A DNA stretch of 64,000 nucleotides from a virus. Made by a program: the position numbers and the translations under genes. Under the pieces are notes generated by a model. The model had not been told where the DNA came from. It made no database searches and worked only from the letters and a program-made list of their open reading frames with translations. The stretch spans positions 32,001 through 96,000 of IMG/VR virus record IMGVR_UViG_3300037483_001012. One strand, given 5' to 3'. Positions 28,644 through 37,922 of the stretch are shown here, piece by piece. Positions within the stretch are counted from its first letter, which is position 1. Every line of letters begins with the position of its first letter.

Positions 28644-29803
28644 GCCTGCCCCACAAGTTCACGCGCGCCCGCGCCGCGCTGGTCATGCGTCAGCCGTTTT
28701 TCGGAACGCTAGCGCTGCACCTCCGGGCCGAAATGACACCCGAATTTGACACGATGGCAACCGATGGCGTCCGGCTGCTGGTCAATCCGGATTTCTTGGA
28801 AACGCTTTCCGCCTCTGAGGCGGAAGGCGTGATAGCGCACGAAGTTCTACATTGTGCGTCAAAACACCATACGCGGCGCAAAGGCCGTGACGCCAAGCGC
28901 TGGAACATCGCTACGGACCTGGCGATAAACCGCGATCTGATCGCGGCCGGCTTCAAACTACCGGCCGGGGCTCTGATCGATCCCAAGTATGGCGACCTTG
29001 GCGCGGAAGCGATCTACCGCCTGTTAGAGCAAGAAGAGCAAGCCGGCGGCGGTCAATCGCAACCCGCGCCGGGACAATCCGGCGGGACCGATCCGGGCGG
29101 GTGCGGCGAAATTCTCGACGCCGCGCCAGAACACGATACGGCGGCCGTCTCGGCGGCGGAGGCAGAATGGGATACGATCACGCGGCAAGCCGTCAACGTG
29201 GCCAAGGCCCGCAACGCCGGGCAGGTCCCCGGCAATCTGGCGCGCCTTGTGGAAACCATGAACGCGCCGCGCGTCGACTGGCGCGGCGTGCTGCGCCGCT
29301 TTGTCGACGAGTCTACGTCCCGCGACTTTTCATGGATGCGACCTAACCGCCGCCACCTGTACGCGGGCCGGATCATGCCGGGCTACGTCCCGGACCGGCC
29401 GTCCCATGTCGTGGCAATGATTGACACGTCCGGGTCAATTCAGCCGGCGGACCTGGCCGCGTTCCGAACTGAGATACAGGCCGCGCTTGACGACGGCGCG
29501 GCGGACCGGGTGACCGTGGCCTATGCCGATACGGTGGTGCATGCGCATGACGAATTCGCCGCCGGGGATCTCGTTCGCATGGAAGCCAAGGGCGGCGGCG
29601 GCACGTCGTTTGCGCAGCCGTTGGCATGGGTTGCCGAGAACGTGCCGGACGTTTCGGCGGTCCTCTATATGACCGATTGCCAAGTGACCGAATGGGGCGA
29701 CCCGCCCGCGCCCGTGCTTTGGGTTGTGACCGGCGACCCGCGCACGGCGGCGCGGTGCGCAGCGCGCGCGCCGTTCGGGGAGGTAATCATTTTGGCGGAC
29801 TAG
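28640..29803 (+). CDS. metallopeptidase + VWA domain protein (DUF2201-like)
   Basis: TMATDG, HEVLH (HExxH), WNIATDLAIN, MIDAS DTSGS, GGGT, TD. Confidence 0.88.
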   Translation: MSLPHKFTRARAALVMRQPFFGTLALHLRAEMTPEFDTMATDGVRLLVNPDFLETLSASEAEGVIAHEVLHCASKHHTRRKGRDAKRWNIATDLAINRDLIAAGFKLPAGALIDPKYGDLGAEAIYRLLEQEEQAGGGQSQPAPGQSGGTDPGGCGEILDAAPEHDTAAVSAAEAEWDTITRQAVNVAKARNAGQVPGNLARLVETMNAPRVDWRGVLRRFVDESTSRDFSWMRPNRRHLYAGRIMPGYVPDRPSHVVAMIDTSGSIQPADLAAFRTEIQAALDDGAADRVTVAYADTVVHAHDEFAAGDLVRMEAKGGGGTSFAQPLAWVAENVPDVSAVLYMTDCQVTEWGDPPAPVLWVVTGDPRTAARCAARAPFGEVIILAD

Positions 29804-29876
29804 CGAACATCGAGGACGCGCCGCGCGCGCCCTCTCTCTCGTGCGGAATAGTCCGCACGTCATTGGAGGATATGGA

Positions 29877-30392
29877 ATGCTTACAAAGCATGAACTGCGC
29901 CGCGCCATGGGCGAAGCATATGGCGCTTGGTACTGGCGCACGCCGGGCCGCTTCGCACACAAGGCCGGACCGGACGGGAAAGCCGAGCGGGTCGCCTATA
30001 TCCTAAAATATCGGGCGCGTCGCGCGGAACTAAGCGCCGGGACGTTCCGGCCGGAAGTAAACGCGCGCGGCAACGTCGTTTTGCGCGATCATGATGCAGA
30101 CCGCGCGTTGCGCTTGCGCAATGCCGGCGACCGCTACGCATACGATTTTGGTCCGTGCCGGGCCTGGATTCAATTCGATACCCGACAAGATGCCATCTAC
30201 TTTGGCGTATGGGTGAACCCAGACAATCGCCAAATATTCACCTACTGCGAAGGCGACCGGATTCTAGTTACATGCCCGACGCCCGAGTCATTCCGCACCG
30301 AGTTGATCGACGCAAAAGAATTCTACGGCGCGCCGATTCCGCCACCGCTGCAAGATTTACTCGCCGATCTGGAGTCGGCCACCTGTAACTAA
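29877..30392 (+). CDS. hypothetical protein
   Basis: Hairpin + RBS; WIQFDT.QDA.YFGVWVNP motif. Confidence 0.7.
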   Translation: MLTKHELRRAMGEAYGAWYWRTPGRFAHKAGPDGKAERVAYILKYRARRAELSAGTFRPEVNARGNVVLRDHDADRALRLRNAGDRYAYDFGPCRAWIQFDTRQDAIYFGVWVNPDNRQIFTYCEGDRILVTCPTPESFRTELIDAKEFYGAPIPPPLQDLLADLESATCN

Positions 30393-30486
30393 TCGCGCGC
30401 GTCGCGGTTTGCCGCGCCATGCGCGCGGCATTCCAGGGCGCGGCCCTATGCCGGGAATGGTCCCGGCGTTCAAATGAGGAAAGCAC

Positions 30487-30879
30487 ATGCCCGATATCTC
30501 AAAGCTTGTATCAGAACTGCGCCTTGGCGACCAAGTTGATTTGGAAGGCGACAAATTTGCGGACCCGCGCCTCGACAAGCCCGCGCTCCAAAGTGAATAC
30601 CAACGCGTCGTCAGCGTTGAACGGGAAAGTACCAATTGCATCGCTGTCGCCTTCGAGGGATTCGACTTAATCGGATTCCCGCCGGACCACCGCGTTAAGG
30701 TAGCGCCATGCCAGACAACAAAAATCAGCGTTCCGAGAGCCATGAGCGCGACGCAAGCCGATCTCGCCGCGTCATTGGCCTGCTACACGTCCGACGATGA
30801 TTGGGGCGATGACCGGCGTGCGTTCCTGCAATCTGTCAGTGATCGAATCCTCTTGGATTTGATGACTGGCGAATACTAG
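30487..30879 (+). CDS. hypothetical protein
   Basis: Hairpin + RBS. Confidence 0.7.
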   Translation: MPDISKLVSELRLGDQVDLEGDKFADPRLDKPALQSEYQRVVSVERESTNCIAVAFEGFDLIGFPPDHRVKVAPCQTTKISVPRAMSATQADLAASLACYTSDDDWGDDRRAFLQSVSDRILLDLMTGEY

Positions 30880-31004
30880 GCGGCTCGCGCCTACTCCATA
30901 AATCGTCACTCTCCTAATCGTCCGCCATAATATTTACGCAATTATAGCGGATGGTGCCAAGATCAATTCGGTTTGGAATAGTCCGGACCACATATGAGGA
31001 ACAC

Positions 31005-31241
31005 ATGTCACACAAACCCGACTTTGACATCATCGATACCGGATCGCTGGCGCTATTCACGCCAATGACGGAACGGGCAATCGATCATGCCGAGCAACAT
31101 CTTGCCGACGCCATGACGCACGGCCTCAGCTACGTTGTGGAGCGCCGCTACGCCCTCGATATCGTCAACGACCTGATGAACGAGCATGGCTTTACCGTCA
31201 TGATCGACGGTCGCGAACTGGCGTCCATCTCGCCCGTCTAG
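31005..31241 (+). CDS. hypothetical protein
   Basis: Hairpin + RBS. Confidence 0.72.
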   Translation: MSHKPDFDIIDTGSLALFTPMTERAIDHAEQHLADAMTHGLSYVVERRYALDIVNDLMNEHGFTVMIDGRELASISPV

Positions 31242-31283
31242 CTTTCACGTTCGGAATGGTCCGAACAGCGCATGAGGAAACCA

Positions 31284-31877
31284 ATGGCAACCACATTTGT
31301 TCTCGATCTTTCCCATCCCGAGCATGGCACCCAAGAAACTCAGGTGACCATCGCTGCCGATGGCGGCTTCCATATGCATTATGAGGACGATATCGCGCCG
31401 CAGGCGCGTAAGAATGTCGCCTCTCGCTTTGTCGATTACGAAAGCTTCGGTTCAGGTTCCGCCTATGCGGATCGTCTCGAAGAGGTCGGCGACGTATTCA
31501 AGATCACCGGCATAGCATTCGTGGACGTGCCGGCACGGCCCGACATTCGCTTCGCGGTGCGCGGCAACTACTCCACCGATGAACAGGGCGATTGGTCCGA
31601 CTGGATCATGGCGAGCGATAAAGAGCGCGCCGAATTTCTGGCGCGGTGGACGATGGCGGAGAACGAACGCGCCGACCCGTCCAGCGAACATGACTTCCAA
31701 ATCACCATGGAAGAGATCGAGATCAAGGAATGCTACCCGGAGCCGTTCACCAAAGACGAACTGGCAAAATTCGTGGGAACGATTGCGCGGATGATCCCGA
31801 CCGAGGACGGGGACGATTCAATCGCAACCGTCAATCGTTTGATCGAGGACGCCCGCAAGCTTCTCGGGGTCGTGTAA
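31284..31877 (+). CDS. acidic hypothetical protein
   Basis: Hairpin + RBS; D/E-rich. Confidence 0.72.
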   Translation: MATTFVLDLSHPEHGTQETQVTIAADGGFHMHYEDDIAPQARKNVASRFVDYESFGSGSAYADRLEEVGDVFKITGIAFVDVPARPDIRFAVRGNYSTDEQGDWSDWIMASDKERAEFLARWTMAENERADPSSEHDFQITMEEIEIKECYPEPFTKDELAKFVGTIARMIPTEDGDDSIATVNRLIEDARKLLGVV

Positions 31878-31912
31878 CCCGCGCGGAATAGCCCGCGCAC
31901 GTATAGGAGATC

Positions 31913-32080
31913 ATGAAAATGCGCAAGCTGCCGAAGGACGTTATCGCTGCGCTCAAATGGTCGGCGCGTAGCGTACACCATCCGGCCTGTCCAATCGCGC
32001 GCGGGAAAGATATTGAGACAATCACTCACAACCCGTGCACCTGTCATGTGAAGGCGGCCAAGGACGCCCTGGCAAAGTAG
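31913..32080 (+). CDS. 55-aa His/Cys protein
   Basis: Read manually: H.P.CP...CTCH; hairpin + AGGAG. Confidence 0.62.
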   Translation: MKMRKLPKDVIAALKWSARSVHHPACPIARGKDIETITHNPCTCHVKAAKDALAK

Positions 32081-32129
32081 AGACTGAGACCGCAAGTGGA
32101 ATGGTCCGCGCGCAATGGAGGAAATATTG

Positions 32130-32312
32130 ATGGCAAAAGCCAAGCTGGAAATCCGCATTTGGACCGATGATGACAAAGAGCTTCCTGACGATTTGCCGGA
32201 AGCCTTTGCTCCGCACATGGAGCATGTCGGGAAAATGGCCGAAGAAGGTTGTTTTGCCGGCGAAATCTGCGACGAGAATTTTAGGGGTTGGTGGGAAATC
32301 GTCACGGGCTAG
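32130..32312 (+). CDS. 60-aa acidic protein
   Basis: Hairpin + GGAGG; D/E-rich, ends FRGWWEIVTG. Confidence 0.7.
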   Translation: MAKAKLEIRIWTDDDKELPDDLPEAFAPHMEHVGKMAEEGCFAGEICDENFRGWWEIVTG

Positions 32313-32357
32313 TCAAATCACTAGCGCGGAATAGTCCGCACGCAAAAGGAGGACGGC

Positions 32358-32537
32358 ATGACAATGAAATCAAGCCCTCTCTTTGACCGATGCGTCGCGA
32401 TCATCGTCTGGTCGACGATCATCCTCTGGCTTATTTTCGCGCGCTACCACTCCTTCCGGAGCGCCCGGAAGGCCCGACGCCTGCTCTTGAATCGTCAGGC
32501 GCGCAAGCGCCACAACATGGAGACAGTATCACAATGA
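32358..32537 (+). CDS. 59-aa membrane protein
   Basis: Read manually; hairpin + AGGAGG; one TM helix then basic tail; ATGA overlap. Confidence 0.62.
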   Translation: MTMKSSPLFDRCVAIIVWSTIILWLIFARYHSFRSARKARRLLLNRQARKRHNMETVSQ

Positions 32538-33592
32538 GCCAAGTCATGGTCCTGGCCGGCGACACCGCCGCGCCGTGCTCTTGCGAGAATTGCGGCTGGA
32601 AAGGCACGGCCGCCGCCCTCGAAATGATTTCTGATTTCGAGGATCGCGTATCAGCCGGCGAAACCGTTCCGGCCGGGCAATGCCCGGAATGTGGCGCGCT
32701 TGCGCACCTTGATACGGCCCCCGCTTGGAGCGCCGACGCGCTTTTGTCGCGCGCCAATGATCTGTTCCGTGAAGCGGTTGACGCATGGCCGCAATTCGAC
32801 GGCGACGATGCGGTGAGCGGAGCGGACCTGGTCGAATGGTTCGCGGAGTGGCGCGGGCGCGTGAAGGCGCAACTCGGCGGTGCCATAGCTTCGCCTCTCG
32901 TAACGCAACCGACCTTCGGAGCGGTCACCGTGGCGACCTTCACGCACAAGCACGGCGTCGACACGCGCGTTTTTGCCACCGCCGATGCTGCCGAACTTTG
33001 GCGGCAAGAGATCGCTAAGGAATATTGGCGCGACTTCATGAATGAAGACGCCCCGACCGATCCCGTTGCCATGGCTGATCGCTATTTCGAGCGCGGCAAC
33101 GAGTTGGGGGATGAGTTTTTCGCGGCGGAACAATGCCCCGTTGAAGGACCATCGCCTTCTCTCGACAGCCAATTGGCAATCGATGCGCGCGCCCTGCTGA
33201 TCGAGATCGACGCCGCGCGCGGCAAACCGATTGACGGCGGCACCGTGCTGGACCCGCTGCACCCGATCTGCGCTTTCGCGGAGCATCTATCCGAAACGCT
33301 TAAGGGCGTGCCGGCCAACGAGCAATCGCGCCCGATCCTTGCCGTTATCTGCGACGGCGGCCTGGTGCAAGGCCTCGTATCAACGCGGCCGGCCGTCTTC
33401 GGCGATGTTCTGGTCATCGATTACGACACCGAAGGTGCGGGCGGCAAAGACGTGATGGACGTCAACCAGGGCGATGGCACCTATGCCGAGGCGTGCGTAT
33501 CGCTGCGATCTGTCGAGGCCGCCGCGATTGATCTGCCGCAGGTCATCTTGGATTTGGTCCGACAATCGTCCGAAGATTCCGTCGCGCCTTAA
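32534..33592 (+). CDS. multi-domain hypothetical protein with zinc ribbon
   Basis: CENC...CPECGAL; GGLVQ..VIDYDTEG. Confidence 0.7.
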   Translation: MSQVMVLAGDTAAPCSCENCGWKGTAAALEMISDFEDRVSAGETVPAGQCPECGALAHLDTAPAWSADALLSRANDLFREAVDAWPQFDGDDAVSGADLVEWFAEWRGRVKAQLGGAIASPLVTQPTFGAVTVATFTHKHGVDTRVFATADAAELWRQEIAKEYWRDFMNEDAPTDPVAMADRYFERGNELGDEFFAAEQCPVEGPSPSLDSQLAIDARALLIEIDAARGKPIDGGTVLDPLHPICAFAEHLSETLKGVPANEQSRPILAVICDGGLVQGLVSTRPAVFGDVLVIDYDTEGAGGKDVMDVNQGDGTYAEACVSLRSVEAAAIDLPQVILDLVRQSSEDSVAP

Positions 33593-33663
33593 ATTCCGCC
33601 GCAATCGTCAACTACCGTTTTCAAATTCTGGAATAGTCCGGAACAAACATGAGGAAAAAACCA

Positions 33664-34989
33664 ATGAACGCAATGACACCCGCTTTCTCCCCCGCGCGCC
33701 CGGCCAGCGATGCCGAGTCCGCGGCAATCGCCGCCTCGATGGTCCCGGCAAAGCCGGACCCGATTCCAGCCTCCCACACTCTCACCGCTCACGCGCGGCT
33801 GGACGGCCCGTCACTGACTGCCGCGATCAACGCGTGCATCCGCATTGTCGAGAAACGCAACGCCGCTCCGATGTTCGCCAACGTCATGCTTACCGCCAGC
33901 GCCGGCGGCGTGACCATGGAAGGGACCGACGGCGACATTGTCATTACGGTGCCGATCAACGGCACGGCTGACGCCAATTTTGCCACGACGATCCCCGCCC
34001 ATATGTTGCGCGACGTTCTGCGCAAGGCCAAGGGCTGCGAAATGGTCACTGTTGACCTGACCGAAAAGACCACGTACCGCGCGCCGTACGGCTATGAGAA
34101 GACCCTCGACCCGGTCCCGACGGTCGATAACCGCAATTCGCTGCGCATGGGTCGCTTCAAGGTTACGTTGAATGGCCTGCCGGCGGCCGACTTCCCCAAG
34201 CTCAAACCGGAATCTCGGCAATTCAGCCACAAGTTCACCATGCCGGCGGCCGATCTGGCGCGCGCACTTTCCAAGGTCGAATTCTGCATCTCGACTGAGG
34301 AAACGCGCTACTACTTGAACGGCATCTACATGCACGTCCCTCACCATTCGAAAGCAAGGCCGGCGACGCTGTGCTTTGCCGCGACGGATGGCCATCGCAT
34401 GGGCGTCGCCGACATCCCGGCGCCGGATGGCGTCTTTGGTATGCCCGGCGTCATCGTGCCGGCCAAGGCCGTGGCTGAATTCATCCGACTGTGTTCTGCC
34501 AAACCGGTTGCCGAGCATTATGTCACCATCTCTGTTTCGCCAGCGCGGGTACAACTCCAGGCCGGCGACGTGACGGTGAACTCCTACGTTATCGATGGCA
34601 CCTACCCGGACTACGGCCGCGTCGTCCCGTCCGGCAATGACAAGCTGGCGCGCGTCGATATCGCCGACCTGATCGACGCGGTCGACAAGGTTTGCGTCAT
34701 CTCGTCGGAGCGCGGCCGTACGGTCAAGCTCGCCTTCACGGCTGGCAACTGCTTGCTGACCGTGGTCAACCCGGATACCGGCGCTGCGACCCTGCCGATC
34801 GATCTGGAATATTCCAGCAACCCCATGGATATCGGCTTCAACTCCAGATATCTGACTTCCATCCTGGAGATGTTCGACGGCGACGTGGTCGAAATGCTGA
34901 TGGCCGATCCCGGCTCGCCGACACTCTTCACCGGTCGCGACACCAAGGACTCCGGGGTACGGTACGTGCTCATGCCAATGCGGGTGTAG
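33664..34989 (+). CDS. dnaN: DNA polymerase III beta sliding clamp homolog
   Basis: STEETRYYLNG, ATDGHR, IDGTYPDY, IGFNSRY, YVLMPMRV. Confidence 0.93.
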   Translation: MNAMTPAFSPARPASDAESAAIAASMVPAKPDPIPASHTLTAHARLDGPSLTAAINACIRIVEKRNAAPMFANVMLTASAGGVTMEGTDGDIVITVPINGTADANFATTIPAHMLRDVLRKAKGCEMVTVDLTEKTTYRAPYGYEKTLDPVPTVDNRNSLRMGRFKVTLNGLPAADFPKLKPESRQFSHKFTMPAADLARALSKVEFCISTEETRYYLNGIYMHVPHHSKARPATLCFAATDGHRMGVADIPAPDGVFGMPGVIVPAKAVAEFIRLCSAKPVAEHYVTISVSPARVQLQAGDVTVNSYVIDGTYPDYGRVVPSGNDKLARVDIADLIDAVDKVCVISSERGRTVKLAFTAGNCLLTVVNPDTGAATLPIDLEYSSNPMDIGFNSRYLTSILEMFDGDVVEMLMADPGSPTLFTGRDTKDSGVRYVLMPMRV

Positions 34990-35078
34990 CACGCGCATGC
35001 CTACGCGGCGGGGCGCGTTGTCCCGCCGCAGCTACCAGCGCCAGGAATGGTCCTGACGCCAGATATGGGAGCCGCGAT

Positions 35079-35498
35079 GTGACCACAGCCCTTTCATTTT
35101 TGTTCGAAAAATACGCGAACCTACAGCCGGAAGACCCACACTGGATTTGCGACGGGGCCGATGACGAGTCGGCGGACTACTGCCGGAAATGCGCCTTGGC
35201 CAAAATCAAGAAGGACGGCAAAGGCGAACTGAACATGTCGGTCGCGCCCGAAAGCGATAGCTGTAGCCACTGCGAGCAATGCGGCAAGTTGCTCGACTAT
35301 TGCCTCACGAACTCAGGCGCCGACGCGGAGCTAGATCACTTCCGTAAGGTCAAATTCCGGCGCGGCAAACCGCTCGACCGGCAAACCGCATACCATTTGG
35401 CCAGGATGCTTGCGGCCAAGGGGGGCGACTTTGAGGCGACCGAGATTGCTGCGCGCGCTATCCGCTGCATGAAGTCGATCCCAAATATCTCGCATTAA
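35079..35498 (+). CDS. hypothetical zinc-binding protein
   Basis: Hairpin + GGAG, GTG start; CRKC, CEQC. Confidence 0.62.
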   Translation: MTTALSFLFEKYANLQPEDPHWICDGADDESADYCRKCALAKIKKDGKGELNMSVAPESDSCSHCEQCGKLLDYCLTNSGADAELDHFRKVKFRRGKPLDRQTAYHLARMLAAKGGDFEATEIAARAIRCMKSIPNISH

Positions 35499-35553
35499 AC
35501 ACGCAACGGCTCACCGCCAGGAATTGTCCCGGCGAAATAGGAGGAACTACCGA

Positions 35554-35913
35554 ATGACCGCAGGTCCCGCAATCTCATTCCGCTCCCTCAACGGTAAATA
35601 CGTCGGCGTCTATGCTTTGCCCGGCGATCAACGCTGGCGGACCGTAGGCGCCAACGGCAAGGACAGCCTGTTCGACACCGCGCGCGAGGCCGAGGCTATC
35701 GCCGGCCACGTCCTATGTGCCAAGATTCATCAATCGCCAGCCGTTCTCCAAGAGCCGCACCGGCAGGAACTGCATGCCCTGCTCAATGACCTGGTCGACT
35801 GGCATGCCATGATGGGCGGATTCGAGGCCCCGGTGTGGGGGCGCGTCGAGAAAATGCGGGAGCGCGTGGCGGCGCCGCCGGCCAGGCCCCGCCTTGTCGC
35901 GGGAGGGCGGTGA
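35554..35913 (+). CDS. hypothetical protein
   Basis: Hairpin + AGGAGG. Confidence 0.68.
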   Translation: MTAGPAISFRSLNGKYVGVYALPGDQRWRTVGANGKDSLFDTAREAEAIAGHVLCAKIHQSPAVLQEPHRQELHALLNDLVDWHAMMGGFEAPVWGRVEKMRERVAAPPARPRLVAGGR

Positions 35914-35914
35914 T

Positions 35915-36166
35915 ATGGCATCCATCGCAATCATCGCACCAGACGGCAACAGCGTTGTCGGCCTATCGCACGAACGCTTGTCGGCTCGCGCCTTAAATCG
36001 CATGGCCGCACGAGTCGGTAATCTCATGGCTGTGCCTGGCATCCGCTATGACAATTCAGTGTGCAGGGGCCTGAACTGGCCACTGCGCTTCCAACTGGTG
36101 ACCGTAATTATCAATGGCCGCTGGCGTACATTCGATCCAGACTATCTGCCGGCCGAGTTTTGGTAA
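35915..36166 (+). CDS. hypothetical protein
   Basis: GGAGG RBS. Confidence 0.55.
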   Translation: MASIAIIAPDGNSVVGLSHERLSARALNRMAARVGNLMAVPGIRYDNSVCRGLNWPLRFQLVTVIINGRWRTFDPDYLPAEFW

Positions 36167-36189
36167 AAAATAATCAGGAGGGCAATGCG

Positions 36190-36507
36190 ATGAACGACCA
36201 CAATGCTAGCGCCGCATCCAATGAATGGCCGGTCCGCCGCTTCCTCGATCTCTCCACCGCGCACCTGCGCCCCGAAACGCGCTCGCTCTGGATGGAATGC
36301 TTCTGCGCAAAAAGCTTCCCTGGCACGGTTCTGATCGGCGAGCACGGCTGGATGCTGCACGTCCCGGAACGCAACACGGATTGGGACTACCGGTGCGGCG
36401 CGGAACTGTTCGCCATCTTCGACAAGGCCCGCTCGCTCAGTTGTGACTACGTGCTGTTCGACGCTGACGGCAGCATGATCGATGGTCTTCCAGTCTTCAA
36501 CGATTGA
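36190..36507 (+). CDS. DUF5983-like protein
   Basis: RRFLDLSTAHL, GWMLHVP, CDYVLFDADG. Confidence 0.65.
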   Translation: MNDHNASAASNEWPVRRFLDLSTAHLRPETRSLWMECFCAKSFPGTVLIGEHGWMLHVPERNTDWDYRCGAELFAIFDKARSLSCDYVLFDADGSMIDGLPVFND

Positions 36508-36553
36508 TTGACCTCAACGAAAACCGCCGACATCAACCAAGAAGGAGATTCCC

Positions 36554-36889
36554 ATGATTGCCTACTGCTACGCGTCCGGTCTGATCCAATTCGGCCGCAA
36601 GACACCCGACGGCGCCATAGCGATCGCGGCCGGCCCGGCGAAGCCGTTGCGCGATCTGATCGACGCCCGCGCTCGCCACGGCTACGAGACCAGGAAGGTC
36701 AAGGGGCGGCCGACGAAGATCCCCGGTACCGAATGCCTGCTGGTGCCCGGCGTTCCCGAGGCGCCAGACCAGGAAGCCGGCGGCGACGCGCTGGGCGCGT
36801 TCTGCAAGTGGATCGGCGAGAAGCCGCCGAAAGGCATAACGGTATTCGGCATGCGTCCGAGCCGCCGGCCTGGCCGCAAGGCCGCCTGA
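36554..36889 (+). CDS. protein of a family often labelled host nuclease inhibitor
   Basis: AYCYASGLIQFG, ARHGY, LLVPGVPEA; label recalled, not verified. Confidence 0.55.
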   Translation: MIAYCYASGLIQFGRKTPDGAIAIAAGPAKPLRDLIDARARHGYETRKVKGRPTKIPGTECLLVPGVPEAPDQEAGGDALGAFCKWIGEKPPKGITVFGMRPSRRPGRKAA

Positions 36890-36926
36890 GTAACACCAGA
36901 TGACCGAACATAGTCAGGAACCGAAC

Positions 36927-37301
36927 ATGGGCAAAAAAACAATCCAAACCTTGCTTGACCTGCTTAATCCGCTACACGGCGCGCTCGATAAGCGGACGAT
37001 GGATTTGCGGGAAGAAAACTACCCCGCCGATTTCTGCCGCGACGACGAGATTGATGTGATCGTTACGCGGGGGATGGAGCGCGATCTGACGCAAGCAGTC
37101 TCTATCCTCGAAAACCGTCTCACCACGGCGGACGACCTGATTGATACGGTCGAGGCAATGCAGTCCTTCATTGGCATCATGTTCGGGCAAGGCCCAGACG
37201 CCATCATTCCCGAAACGGTCAATGCACCCATCGGCATCCCGATCAAGGTCGGTGACCTCATGCGCTCAGTTTCCGCCATTGTCGCGCGGGCCAAAGCGTA
37301 A
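36927..37301 (+). CDS. hypothetical protein
   Basis: AGGA RBS; operon orientation. Confidence 0.55.
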   Translation: MGKKTIQTLLDLLNPLHGALDKRTMDLREENYPADFCRDDEIDVIVTRGMERDLTQAVSILENRLTTADDLIDTVEAMQSFIGIMFGQGPDAIIPETVNAPIGIPIKVGDLMRSVSAIVARAKA

Positions 37302-37341
37302 TTCGCACATAACCCGCAACCGATTGGCACAGGAGAGACCG

Positions 37342-37488
37342 ATGGCCAAGAACACCTACCCGAAGACCGACCGCATCCGCGAACTCCGTGAACAGAAATG
37401 GGAGCGCGACCAAGCCGCGTTGCGGGCGACCGCGTCCAGCCCCAGGCCGGCCGTGAAGCCGGCGCGCCGCAAGCGGGCGAAGAAGTAA
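37342..37488 (+). CDS. 48-aa basic protein
   Basis: AGGAG RBS; MAKNTYPKTDRIRELRE...RRKRAKK. Confidence 0.55.
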   Translation: MAKNTYPKTDRIRELREQKWERDQAALRATASSPRPAVKPARRKRAKK

Positions 37489-37496
37489 CCACGATC

Positions 37497-37922
37497 ATGG
37501 CCGCTTCCGTCTCCGAGATCTCCGACATGTTCGCCCGCGCCAGCTTGTCTATGGCTGCTGCCGAGATCAAGGCCCTGACGAAAGAGGAGATGATCGACTC
37601 TTATATTCTCGCAATCGGCATACATCTTAAGCGCGCCGAACGACTGATAACGCTCGCCTCGCGCCTCAACGCGTCGTCGCGCCTCCCCCGTCGGGCAATC
37701 GCCATCACCGCGATTAACCAAGCGAGCAAACGGGTGATAGCGGCTGAAACTTGCGACGTCCTATTGAGGGCCGTTGACGCGACAAAAGGCGCCCTGCCCT
37801 GGTCGGACGATCCGTACTCGCCGAACATCAAAGACAAGATCGCTATTATTCAGGGTTTCTTGAATGCGCCACCAGCAAGAAAGCCGCGGGCGCGTGACAT
37901 GGACGACGAGATTCCATTCTGA
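37497..37922 (+). CDS. hypothetical protein with SSB-like acidic tail
   Basis: Ends DMDDEIPF. Confidence 0.6.
   Translation: MAASVSEISDMFARASLSMAAAEIKALTKEEMIDSYILAIGIHLKRAERLITLASRLNASSRLPRRAIAITAINQASKRVIAAETCDVLLRAVDATKGALPWSDDPYSPNIKDKIAIIQGFLNAPPARKPRARDMDDEIPF

Noticed and set aside
32485-32500. TGAATCGTCA as another hairpin copy
   Set aside because: Lacks the GG/CC closure and lies inside the 32358-32537 CDS
34805-34818. CTGGAATATTCCAG in dnaN as a hairpin copy
   Set aside because: The loop lacks the invariant G and the site is coding
24590-35060. Integron cassette array (attC sites)
   Set aside because: No RYYYAAC/GTTRRRY core sites at the element ends and no integron integrase in the window
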